Numbered from the stretch's first letter, positions 20,403 to 29,299 are shown. The stretch: 64,000 bases of DNA from a bacterium (GCA_037200965.1 JBBCGK010000001.1:32001-96000), one strand, 5' to 3'. Numbers and translations are program-made. Notes: a model not told the origin generated them from the letters alone.

Positions 20403-23400
20403 ACTTCTATGGACTCTTTATCGGGATAGACAGATATGCCTCTCCAAGTATCAACTGGTTGAGTTGTGCAAAGCGTGATGCAGTAGCACTTCATGCGCTC
20501 TTTACTGACACACTTGGCGGCAGCACGAAACTACTTACAGATGAACAAGCCACGCGCCCTACCATTGAAGCGGAGTTTGCAGAACTGGCTAAATGCAAAG
20601 AGGATGACGTGGTAGTCATAACCTTCTCTGGACACGGTACTACTACGCACGAGTTAGTTGTCCATGATGCGGACAGAAGTAATTTGCCAGGCATGTGCAT
20701 CCCGCTTTCAGTTGTAAGCGAGTGGGTTGCAAAAATACCAGCAAAAAAGTTGCTGTTTATCTTGGATTGCTGCTTTTCTGGCGGCATGGGTGCGAAAGCT
20801 CTCCAGGTTGATGTTGTCTCACGTGATATAACTTCAGCCGATGATTTGCTCAAACAACTTTCTGGAGATGGACGGTTGATTTTGACCGCATCGCTTGCCA
20901 CAGAACCTGCTTGGGAGAACCAAAAGCTCGGCCACGGCTTTCTCACATATCATCTGCTGACAGCAATGCAGGGTACCGAAGAAGTGAAAAAGGCAGGTAA
21001 GATTACTGCGTACCGCTTACTTGAATACGTAACGGAAAGAGTGGTAGATGACGCAAAAAAGATTGGTAAAGAGCAACATCCAACTCTCCGCGGCACGATG
21101 GACGGCTCGTTGACGTTTCCTGTATTTACTCCTGGCACGCTATACGCCGCCGCGTTTCCAGAGAGAACAAAAGCAAAAGTTAGTGCAGATATTCAATCGC
21201 TTGAACCCTATGGATTCCCCGAGACCATACTAAAAGCATGGGCGGGTGCGATACCATCGCTCAACCAGTTGCAGATAGACGCTATCAACGACTTCGGGCT
21301 ACTTGATAGTGAGCACTTGGTTGTTTCCGCACCAACATCCTCTGGTAAGACAATGGTTGGTGAACTTGCTGCCATCAGTGGCGCACTGAAACGTCGGAGA
21401 GCACTTTTCTTATTTCCTTTGAAGGCGCTTGTAAATGACAAGCTGCGCCATTTCAATAGCACATACGGTGCGTTTGGTCTGAAAACCATCAAAGCAACTG
21501 GCGAGAGTACAAGCGATGACATGCTCCCTTTGATGCGTGGCCAGTATGATATTTGCTTGATGACGTATGAGAAGTTTTCTGCGCTCGTTCTAGGCTACCC
21601 GCATATCCTTGAGCAAATCGGAACCATTGTAGTTGATGAGGTGCAGATGATTGCCGATGAATCACGTGGAGTGAATCTTGAGTTTATCCTTACACTATTG
21701 AGGATGCGACGTAGAGAAGGAGCTGAACCGCAGCTCATTGCTCTTTCTGCCGTAATTGGTGATACCAACGGACTGGAGCGATGGCTTGGCGGCCGACTGC
21801 TGCGCAGAACAGAGCGTCCCGTGCCACTTGATGAAGGAATTATCAAAGCCGACGGCAGCTTCCGCTATATCGAGTCTGACACTGGAACGGAGAAGACCGA
21901 TACGTCTTATATTATCCCTGAATCACGCAAAGGTTCGAGCCAAGACTTGATTATCCCTCTAGTGCGAAAATTGGTCGGTGAAGGTAAAAGCGTGATTGTA
22001 TTCCGTGAGACACGGGGTGAAGCGCGCGGCTGCGCCCTCTACCTCGCAAGCTCTCTTGGATTGCCGGCCGCACAAGTTGCCCTCGATACATTGCCGAATA
22101 GCGACCCGTCCATCTCATCCAACAAGTTGCGAGAGGCACTTGGAGGCGGTATCGCTTTTCATATATCGGATTTGGATACCGAGGAGCGTCTTGTTGTAGA
22201 GGAACAATTTAGAGCCAGACCTACAGCGCTCAAAGTGATAGCCGCGACCACGACTCTTGCAATGGGAGTGAACACCCCTGCGGAGGCGGTTATCATTGCC
22301 GGTCTCACACATCCAGGAGACCATCCGTATTCAGTTGCAGAGTACAAAAACATCATCGGTCGTGCTGGACGACTTGGCTTCTCGCAGCGTGGCACTTCCT
22401 ACGTTGTCGCAATGAATGGTAGCGATGAACACCACATTTGGAATAGCTACGTTCTTGCATCCCCAGAAGACCTGAACTCCCGCTTTTTGGCAGACCATAC
22501 AGACCCGCGCACATTGATTGTGAGAGTTTTGATAGCTGCTGGTCGTGCGGGTTTGCCAGCACAGCAGATAGTTGAGTTCTTGGAGGAGAGCTTTGGCGTG
22601 TTCCAGCAGAAAGCAATAAACGCTAGCTGGAAATGGGATGAGCAACAGCTTCTGCAAGCTCTCGCTGACTTGAATGCGCACGGATTGGTTGAGAAGGATA
22701 AGGATGATGTATACCACCTCACAGAACTCGGAAAGCTGGCGGGTGTTTCTGGCGTTGAGGTGGAGTCAGTCATTCGAGCTGTGAACGCTTTAAGCGGTCT
22801 GCCGACCACAGACATCAACGACCCTGCACTCATTACGCTCTCGCAAGCAACCGCGGAGCTTGACCAGGTATTATTCCCGATGAATAAGAAAAGCACGCAA
22901 AAAGAACCGCAGGCATGGGCTACTGAAATACGAAATCAAAATGTCCCTACTCAAATAACACAGGAACTTGGGCGCAACACCTCGGATACAACGCAACAAA
23001 CATTGCGCGCTAAAAAAGCAGTAGCAAGTCTACTTTGGATAACTGACCGGCCGCTGAATGAAGTAGAGACAACTATGACACAGTTTGGCGGTGGGCTAGA
23101 TGGTGCCGCTGGTGCAATTCGTGGTGTTGCTGCACGAACGTGTGATGTGCTGCCTACGATTGCTCGCATTGCCGAACTGCTGAATCCTGGTTTTGATTTG
23201 AGCAATCGAGTATCACGACTGTTGATACGGCTTGAGATTGGCGTACCGGCCGCTGGTGTTGAACTCGGCTCTCGCATCGGCAGAATACTTACTCGTGGTG
23301 ATTATCTCAACCTTCTCAAAGCAGGCATCTCTACTGCTGAACAATTTGAGACAGCAGACGAGAAAGTCCTTTTGTCGTGCCTCGGAGACAGCACCGATAA

Positions 23401-23491
23401 ACTTGAACAAGCAAAGCTCGCATTAGAAAACACCTCACAGGAAGAACCTGCTCCGATGATGCCACCGATTTTACCAGCCTATGAAGGATAA
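20399..23491 (+). CDS. caspase-like peptidase C14 domain fused to a Hel308/Ski2-like DExH helicase (1030 aa)
   Basis: The N-terminal ~240 aa has a caspase fold, with the His in VVITFSGHG (H79) and the Cys in LFILDCCFSGG (C124/125). SF2 helicase motifs follow: I APTSSGKT, Ia FPLKALVNDK, II VVDEVQMIAD, III SAV, VI IGRAGRLG. The C-terminus has winged-helix and HhH-like regions (Hel308 domains 4-5). The ATG overlaps the res stop (ATGA). Confidence 0.8.
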   Translation: MNFYGLFIGIDRYASPSINWLSCAKRDAVALHALFTDTLGGSTKLLTDEQATRPTIEAEFAELAKCKEDDVVVITFSGHGTTTHELVVHDADRSNLPGMCIPLSVVSEWVAKIPAKKLLFILDCCFSGGMGAKALQVDVVSRDITSADDLLKQLSGDGRLILTASLATEPAWENQKLGHGFLTYHLLTAMQGTEEVKKAGKITAYRLLEYVTERVVDDAKKIGKEQHPTLRGTMDGSLTFPVFTPGTLYAAAFPERTKAKVSADIQSLEPYGFPETILKAWAGAIPSLNQLQIDAINDFGLLDSEHLVVSAPTSSGKTMVGELAAISGALKRRRALFLFPLKALVNDKLRHFNSTYGAFGLKTIKATGESTSDDMLPLMRGQYDICLMTYEKFSALVLGYPHILEQIGTIVVDEVQMIADESRGVNLEFILTLLRMRRREGAEPQLIALSAVIGDTNGLERWLGGRLLRRTERPVPLDEGIIKADGSFRYIESDTGTEKTDTSYIIPESRKGSSQDLIIPLVRKLVGEGKSVIVFRETRGEARGCALYLASSLGLPAAQVALDTLPNSDPSISSNKLREALGGGIAFHISDLDTEERLVVEEQFRARPTALKVIAATTTLAMGVNTPAEAVIIAGLTHPGDHPYSVAEYKNIIGRAGRLGFSQRGTSYVVAMNGSDEHHIWNSYVLASPEDLNSRFLADHTDPRTLIVRVLIAAGRAGLPAQQIVEFLEESFGVFQQKAINASWKWDEQQLLQALADLNAHGLVEKDKDDVYHLTELGKLAGVSGVEVESVIRAVNALSGLPTTDINDPALITLSQATAELDQVLFPMNKKSTQKEPQAWATEIRNQNVPTQITQELGRNTSDTTQQTLRAKKAVASLLWITDRPLNEVETTMTQFGGGLDGAAGAIRGVAARTCDVLPTIARIAELLNPGFDLSNRVSRLLIRLEIGVPAAGVELGSRIGRILTRGDYLNLLKAGISTAEQFETADEKVLLSCLGDSTDKLEQAKLALENTSQEEPAPMMPPILPAYEG

Positions 23492-24320
23492 AAATATGAT
23501 GAAAAAACGAACAGCAGTAATACTCATCGTCGTCGCTATCGTGGCAACATACGCTGTCATCATGTGGGCGTATTACGGAGACCCTTCATGGTCTAGCAGC
23601 AGCGACACCGCAAGCAGCACCGAGATACCGGCAGACTGCAACGTGCTCGCGTTCAACCTCAACGGAGAGATAGCAACATACCTGCCGCAAGATAGTATCA
23701 GTGAGACCGATTCCGTCTCATCGGCCGATATTCTCGATGGTCTCAAGCTGGCGAAGGAGAACCCGCAAATAAAGGCGGTGCTGCTTTCGGTTGATTCCGG
23801 CGGCGGGAGCGTCGTAGCCGGTGAGGAGATAGCCAACGGCTTCAAGGCGCTCGGCAAGCCCTCTGCGGCGGTTATCCGCGACCTGGGAGCTTCTGCCGCA
23901 TACTGGGCGGCTACCGGCGCAGGCAGGATATTTGCCTCGAAGGTGTCGGATGTGGGTAGTATCGGCATCACCGCCTCATACCTCGACAATACCGTTGCGA
24001 ACGCAAAGGACGGTCTCACGCCCGTGGCAATCGTCTCTGCGCCGTATAAGAACGAGGGCGACCCCGACTTTCCGCTCACGGCAGCAGGCAAGGCGGACAT
24101 ACTCGCATCTATCAAGAAAGACCATGAGGTTTTCGTGGACGAAGTTGCAGCAAACCGGAAGCTCGACCGCAGCAAGGTAGCAGCGCTTGCAGATGGCCGA
24201 ACGTATGTTGGCACCGACGCCGTGGACAACGGACTGATTGACGGCATCGGCAGCATTCCCGAAGCGACCGACTATCTTACTCAACAGATTGGTGAGTCTG
24301 CGCAGGTGTGCTGGTACTAA
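23481..24320 (+). CDS. membrane-anchored S49 family serine peptidase (SppA-like, ClpP fold)
   Basis: N-terminal TM (TAVILIVVAIVATYAVIMWAYY). S49 core LLSVDSGGGSVVAGEEI, catalytic Ser in DLGASAAYWAATGA and a Lys region downstream. The start overlaps the upstream gene's stop by 11 nt. Confidence 0.75.
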   Translation: MKDKNMMKKRTAVILIVVAIVATYAVIMWAYYGDPSWSSSSDTASSTEIPADCNVLAFNLNGEIATYLPQDSISETDSVSSADILDGLKLAKENPQIKAVLLSVDSGGGSVVAGEEIANGFKALGKPSAAVIRDLGASAAYWAATGAGRIFASKVSDVGSIGITASYLDNTVANAKDGLTPVAIVSAPYKNEGDPDFPLTAAGKADILASIKKDHEVFVDEVAANRKLDRSKVAALADGRTYVGTDAVDNGLIDGIGSIPEATDYLTQQIGESAQVCWY

Positions 24321-24972
24321 CCGACGCGCGCAGCATCGTCATATCTTTCTCGCTCATTTTTCCGGCCATCGCCCGATTGAGAATGTTCATCATAAAAGTT
24401 GCCGTCTCGCGCTTGTCGGCGTTTGATTTGATATTCAGAGACTCCTTGCTGTGCGCAGCGCGCATCACATAGTTGAACACGTTTAGCACGTAGTTGCGGC
24501 GCTTCACGATGATGTCATCGTCGTAGCTGCTTTCATCGTCCTGGTCGCGCTTGAGAATATCCATCGCATCGTTGAGCAGCTCGCCTGCAAGGGTGCTCGC
24601 GCCCATCTCTAGCGTCTGCGCATCCGGCACGATGGCGGCATTTTGCTCATCCCGCACCTTGATGATTTGCCGCAGCTCCCGCTGCTCCTGCTTGTAGCCC
24701 TGCTCGGCGAGCAGCTCCGCGTCCCACTTCTTGCGCCACAGGCGATATTGCTTCTCCCAGGGAAAGAAGGTAAACGGGGCGATGGACTTGTTGAAATCGT
24801 TGATGATACGGATGGCGCTGCGGTCTGGTTCCTTGCGGCGCTCGGCCAGGTAGAAGGCGCGGAAGGACGGGAGAAGCTCCCGAAGCTCACCGACCCTCTG
24901 GTATTTGCCGTCAAAGCCCTCGTAGAAGGAGAAGATGGGCTTGGTATCGTTTTGTGGTGTTGATGTGTCCAT
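24277..24972 (-). CDS. hypothetical protein (about 231 aa, start taken at MDTSTPQ)
   Basis: Minus-strand ORF convergent with the S49 gene (43-nt 3' overlap). No recognisable domain. Track ORF 24277..25080. Confidence 0.4.
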   Translation of the reverse strand: MDTSTPQNDTKPIFSFYEGFDGKYQRVGELRELLPSFRAFYLAERRKEPDRSAIRIINDFNKSIAPFTFFPWEKQYRLWRKKWDAELLAEQGYKQEQRELRQIIKVRDEQNAAIVPDAQTLEMGASTLAGELLNDAMDILKRDQDDESSYDDDIIVKRRNYVLNVFNYVMRAAHSKESLNIKSNADKRETATFMMNILNRAMAGKMSEKDMTMLRASVSTSTPAQTHQSVE

Positions 24973-24988
24973 AGGGGCTATAATGAGG

Positions 24989-26554
24989 CTATATCGCAGC
25001 GTGCTGGGGCTGGAGAATGGCTTGCCACTCCTGCAATCCTTCAAGGACTTGGTTCCAGTTCGCGCGGATGTAGTCCACATCGTCGGAGTTGGTGGTAGCT
25101 AACTCCTCAAACAGCCTGGTTTTACTTAGCTTATTTCCGGTTCTATAACCCTCATTTTTGGCATACTCCAATTTGCGCTCAAAGAGGAAGAAAAAGAGCC
25201 GGTGCTGACCATGCACATCGAACAAATCCCAAGTAGATACGGGGCTTTTTAGCATTCCCATACTCTTATCAAGGGCGGTTCTATAAGGTATTCCTAAGTC
25301 CTTGCTGATGAGGGTCGTGCCCTCCATTTTCTCAAGCTCGCGTGCGCTGTCTTCTATCTGAGCTTCATACGTGCGCACTACAGCCTCAGAATTGGCCTTA
25401 CGCGCCATCTCTGACAGCTCCTTGAGCTTCTTCTTCAACTCCTCCTTTCGCTGCTCCTGAAGGTAATCCTGCCATTCAAATATTCTTGACTCCTGTGCCC
25501 ATATTTTATCGAACACGCTAGAAGCAACACCAGTAACGGCAGGCTTGAGTCGGTTGCGTGCGAGCACCTTCTTGAAATCATCCTCGACATCCTTCTTCCG
25601 AAGGGTCTTGAAGTAGAGCTCACACTTCCTGTTCTGGCAGAAGTAGTATTCGTACTTCTTCTTGCTGCGGCTCGTTGATGGAGCTGCTGAAAGATGGCCA
25701 TCACATAGGGCGCAGGTAATGAGGCCACGCAGTGGGAATTGGTCTGAGGTGTCTTTGCGAGGCTTGGCCTTTGCTTCGTCCTTTCCAAGCCGTGCCTGAA
25801 TGCGAAGGAAGGTGTCAGGTTTAATAAGACCTGTGTGCTGTCCGTCTCTTCGAGACACGCCCCAGGGGAGGTATTCAATGAATCCTGCAAAGAAAGGGTC
25901 TTCAAGCATTCCTGAAACATGGTCTAAGCATCGAACAGGCTCCTTACCAGCCCACATACCTCGCTCCACCATAAAGTTGGCGACATCAATCTTTCTTGGC
26001 AAATTGCCGCTCGCGAATCCTTCAAGAGCAGGCTTGATTACCTCGTAGCCAAGCTTATTCGGCTGCGCAACCTTTCCACGGCCAAGAATGAACACCATGT
26101 CATACCCGCGCTTCTTACTGAATGGCCAGTAGCCTGCGAGCAGCCGAGCTTCCATCTTGTTGATTACCTGTTCCGCGTTCTGCTCACGGTCGAGTTCAGC
26201 CTGCGCTGCGAGTACACGCTCAACGAATCTTCCCGAAGGGGAGTCCTCGAAGTTGAAGTTAAGGCAGAGCGGAATAATGTCGCACTCAGTGAACGCTTCC
26301 ATCAGCGCCATATGAAACTTCAGGTCGCGTGCAAAGCGTTTGAGGTCGTCGAAGACAACAACGAACTTCTTATCGCGGTTTGCACGAACATACGCCAATA
26401 ACTCTCGCATGCTTGGACGGCGCATGAAGTCGCCACCTCCTGTGTACGTGTCTATGAAGGACCGGTCATAGGGTATACCAAGCTCTGTAAGTCGAATCTT
26501 GCATCGCGTCTCCTGACTTGATTGGCCACTGCCATTCAGCTCCTGGCTCGAGTT
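24989..26554 (-). pseudogene. large serine recombinase, N-terminally truncated (catalytic serine segment missing)
   Basis: Zinc ribbon CALCDGH...YYFCQNRKC, recombinase domain and coiled coil are present. The frame is open upstream only to a stop at 26555-26557. The upstream part (…SGQSSQETRCKIRLTELGIPYDRSFIDTYTGGGDF) lacks the Y-x-R-x-S-x-x-x-Q nucleophile motif and has no start codon. Confidence 0.6.
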
Positions 26555-26894
26555 TTAAATATTTTAAGGATCTAGACGCCTTTAGAAAATATGCACGGAA
26601 TATTGAAAGCATTGATCGTATTGATAAAGAACTTGAGGATAAAGTAGAAAAAGTAACCAAAGAGATAAAAGCTCGAGTTAAGCAGCAGCATCCTGATATG
26701 TAATTGAATCTTGATATGAATTTTTACGACAAATACATCCTCCCTAAATACCTCAATTGGACGATGAGAAAGAAGGATTTCGCGGTGATGTGATTCACCA
26801 CAATAAACCGTCCAGGGCTGGCACGAAGACGAGCAATCGTCCGAATGCCAGCCCTTTCCCATTTCTGATAGAATATCACTCAACCAACTCCAAT

Positions 26895-27311
26895 ATGACA
26901 ATTGTTGAAAAAGTTAAAGAACTTAACTTGCCGTTCGGACAATACGTCGTTATCGGGAGCGGCCTCTTGGAAGCTCTCGGTATCCGCAAAGCGCAGGATA
27001 TCGATGTTGCCGTCCTGCCCAACCTGTATGACCGGTTGCGCGCGAGCGGGGAATGGGGAGAGGAAGAGAAATACGGCAAGATCTTTCTCGTGCGGGAAGG
27101 CATCGAGATAAGTCCGAAGACTTCCTGGGATGAATACACGACCACTACGGAGGAAGCCATAGCTTCGGCGATGATAATCGACGGCGTTCCCTTTATGAGC
27201 CCTAAGGAGCTTATAAAATTTAAGACGGCTATGGGGCGCGAGCTGGATTTCAGGGATATCGATTTATTGAACGAGTATCTCGAGAAGCATAGGGATCAGG
27301 AGCCTTCATAG
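26895..27311 (+). CDS. minimal nucleotidyltransferase-fold protein (possible antibiotic or TA-type NTase)
   Basis: GQYVVIGSGLLEALGIRKAQDIDVAV is a GS...DxD nucleotidyltransferase motif. It lies just right of an AT-rich segment. Confidence 0.4.
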   Translation: MTIVEKVKELNLPFGQYVVIGSGLLEALGIRKAQDIDVAVLPNLYDRLRASGEWGEEEKYGKIFLVREGIEISPKTSWDEYTTTTEEAIASAMIIDGVPFMSPKELIKFKTAMGRELDFRDIDLLNEYLEKHRDQEPS

Positions 27312-27384
27312 GCGGTCTTTCTCCGAGGAAGAATATGCGGTAGTATTGCCATAGGCAGCAGCGTATTGTGCCAAGGAGGCGCAC

Positions 27385-27627
27385 ATGACTCGTCAAGAAA
27401 CTTCGGAGGCTGAACATGCTCAAGCAAAGAAGGCGAGACGCGAATTCTATCTATACAGCGTCCTGCCGTGCTTGGCGGTATTTGCTCTCTCAACGCTCTT
27501 CGCGCACGTGAACTTGTTTGGCGGACGCGATCTGTGGGGAGTCCTCTCGGTCCTTTCGGGCGCCCTGGGATTGGCGTGGGCGACGTTTCCGCTTTGGTTT
27601 CGTGCCGCATCAGGCATGAGCCGGTAG
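27385..27627 (+). CDS. small membrane protein (2 TM), hypothetical
   Basis: Strong RBS AAGGAGG 7 nt upstream. Hydrophobic helices. Confidence 0.4.
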   Translation: MTRQETSEAEHAQAKKARREFYLYSVLPCLAVFALSTLFAHVNLFGGRDLWGVLSVLSGALGLAWATFPLWFRAASGMSR

Positions 27628-27636
27628 AAAAGCAGG

Positions 27637-27665
27637 GCCGTGCGGGATATTCCCCGCACGGCCTA
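27637..27665. terminator. hairpin terminator between convergent genes
   Basis: GGCCGTGCGGG-ATATTCC-CCGCACGGCC, a perfect 11-bp stem. Confidence 0.5.
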
Positions 27666-27682
27666 TCGCGTTCGAGCTCCAC

Positions 27683-28801
27683 TTATTTCCCCTGCCCGTA
27701 ATACTTCTTCAAAAGCGCCACGTGCTCGGCATAGGTGGCGCTGCAGTGGAAGTCCCCGTACTTGTCGTGGAAATAAAAGAGGCACGGCGTATTCACGGGA
27801 TTGAGCGCCGCAAGCACCGCCGCGACCGAAGGGCTCGCGATCGGCGTCGGAGGAAGGCCCCGATTCGCATACGTGTTGTACGGTGATTTTATGTATTTAT
27901 CCTTCGGCACGACCGTCGGCCACCAGCTATTCGCGGTTTTTGCCTTCGCATACTGGAGCGTGGCGTCGATCTGGAGGTTCATGCCGGTAAAGAGGCGGTT
28001 CCAGATGATGCCCGAGATAAGGCGCATATCGTCGAGCCCGCCGGTCTCGCGCTCGATGAGCGAGGCGATTGTGAGCGCCTGGTCAAGCGGGACGATCTCG
28101 GCGGTCGTTGTGCCGTAGCGGGAGACGATATCCTTGTTGAATTTCTCGTTGACGAGCGCCTGGGCCATGGACGGGGTGGCTGCGGCGTCGACGAGATAGA
28201 TGCCCGGCGCGAAGGATCCTTCGGGGAGCGGGAGATTCGAATATTTTCGCGCGGTCATGAATTCGCTCCGCCCGGCTGCGGTCCATCCGAGCGCCTTCCC
28301 GAAACTTGCAGCCACCTGCTCCTTGCGGAGCCCGGGCGTAATGGTGACGAAGCGGGTATCCGCGGCGGCGATGCTCTGATACCAAGGGGTATCGGAAATC
28401 GCGATAGCAACCGCCTGGAAAAGGTGTTCGAAGATATCCGCCGCGCCTCCCGCAGCGGCTTCGGCCCGGAGCGGGGAATCGGGGTTTTCGAACAAGGCAT
28501 TCACCTGCGCGTTTTCGACGATGCTCTTGCTTCGGGGATTGACCGTAACGGGAAACTGCTCGGGTATCGAAGGCGAGTGCGCCTCTTGCTGCCGTATGGA
28601 AACTTCGAGGATGGAAGGCAGGGACAGCACGATTCCTCCGGCAAGAACGGCTCCGGCCGCGAGAACCACTAAGATCGGCGAGACGTACGGTATCCAGCGG
28701 CCCTTCTTCGGCCGCGCTGCATAGGGGATGAGCTTCACGAAGATATTGTAGCGCAAAACGGCCGCACGGGCGGCCGTTTTGCTCGAACAGTTTGCCCCCA
28801 T
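27683..28801 (-). CDS. mltG: endolytic murein transglycosylase MltG/YceG-like (paralog 1)
   Basis: YceG-family C-terminal half (NTYANRGLPPTPIASPS...YFHDKYGDFHCSATYAEH). The track N-terminus runs up to the tRNA gene, so the true start is probably internal. Confidence 0.7.
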   Translation of the reverse strand: MGANCSSKTAARAAVLRYNIFVKLIPYAARPKKGRWIPYVSPILVVLAAGAVLAGGIVLSLPSILEVSIRQQEAHSPSIPEQFPVTVNPRSKSIVENAQVNALFENPDSPLRAEAAAGGAADIFEHLFQAVAIAISDTPWYQSIAAADTRFVTITPGLRKEQVAASFGKALGWTAAGRSEFMTARKYSNLPLPEGSFAPGIYLVDAAATPSMAQALVNEKFNKDIVSRYGTTTAEIVPLDQALTIASLIERETGGLDDMRLISGIIWNRLFTGMNLQIDATLQYAKAKTANSWWPTVVPKDKYIKSPYNTYANRGLPPTPIASPSVAAVLAALNPVNTPCLFYFHDKYGDFHCSATYAEHVALLKKYYGQGK

Positions 28802-28871
28802 CGGGCCGCCGGGAATCGAACCCGGTCTACATCCACCCCATGGACGCGTACTACCGGTATACTACGGCCCG
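28801..28871 (-). tRNA. tRNA-Pro (anticodon GGG)
   Basis: Reverse-complement cloverleaf: T-arm GGTTCGATTCC, anticodon loop ATGGGGT. Confidence 0.7.
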
Positions 28872-28896
28872 TTTCGTTCGCTGGTCCTGTGTCCTG

Positions 28897-28967
28897 TCGG
28901 GCCGCCGGGAATCGAACCCGGTCTTTACGCACCCGAAGCGCACGTACTACCGGTATACTACGGCCCG
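28897..28967 (-). tRNA. tRNA-Pro (anticodon CGG), tandem paralog
   Basis: Near-identical to the neighbouring tRNA-Pro outside the anticodon arm. Anticodon loop TTCGGGT. Confidence 0.7.
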
Positions 28968-28984
28968 ACACGACACACGACCTG

Positions 28985-29057
28985 TGGACCCTAGGGAATT
29001 CGAATCCCTGACCTCGTCAATGCGAATGACGCGCTCTACCAGCTGAGCTAAGGGCCC
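28985..29057 (-). tRNA. tRNA-Ala (anticodon CGC)
   Basis: GGGCCCTTAGCTCAGCTGGTAGAGC...TTCGCAT loop...GGGATTCGAATTCCC. G3:U70. CCA not encoded. Confidence 0.75.
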
Positions 29058-29086
29058 GTTCGGAAGAATATAGCACGAGGAACCGG

Positions 29087-29299
29087 CTATTTGGAGTCTT
29101 CTTCCCGCTTCCTGAAGAGGCCATAGAGGCGCTCATAGTATGCGAGGGCTTTCCCTTGGAGAAGAAGGCGCGCGCCGACCATCTCGGCGCCGACGAACAC
29201 GAGCCAGGAGCCGGGCGTGAACGGGGTTACGAGCGCGAGAAGGCCGATGACGATCAGCGCTACCCCGATGATTTTCTTCCATGGCAGGTTCATAGGCAT
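29087..29299 (-). CDS. small membrane protein, hypothetical
   Basis: 70 aa. IIGVALIVIGLLALVTPFTPGSWLVFVGAEMVGARLLL. Confidence 0.35.
   Translation of the reverse strand: MPMNLPWKKIIGVALIVIGLLALVTPFTPGSWLVFVGAEMVGARLLLQGKALAYYERLYGLFRKREEDSK

Noticed and set aside
26518-26703. 61-aa ORF in the AT-rich segment
   Set aside because: Overlaps the 5' remnant of the truncated recombinase in another frame. The lysine-rich translation is what AT-rich DNA produces by chance.
10985-27700. Direct repeat of the tRNA-Ala 3' end that would define attR
   Set aside because: I could not find a convincing copy of CCTGTACGGTCCACCA or a longer tRNA 3' segment by eye. The island's right border is therefore inferred from the truncated recombinase and the GC shift, not from a repeat.
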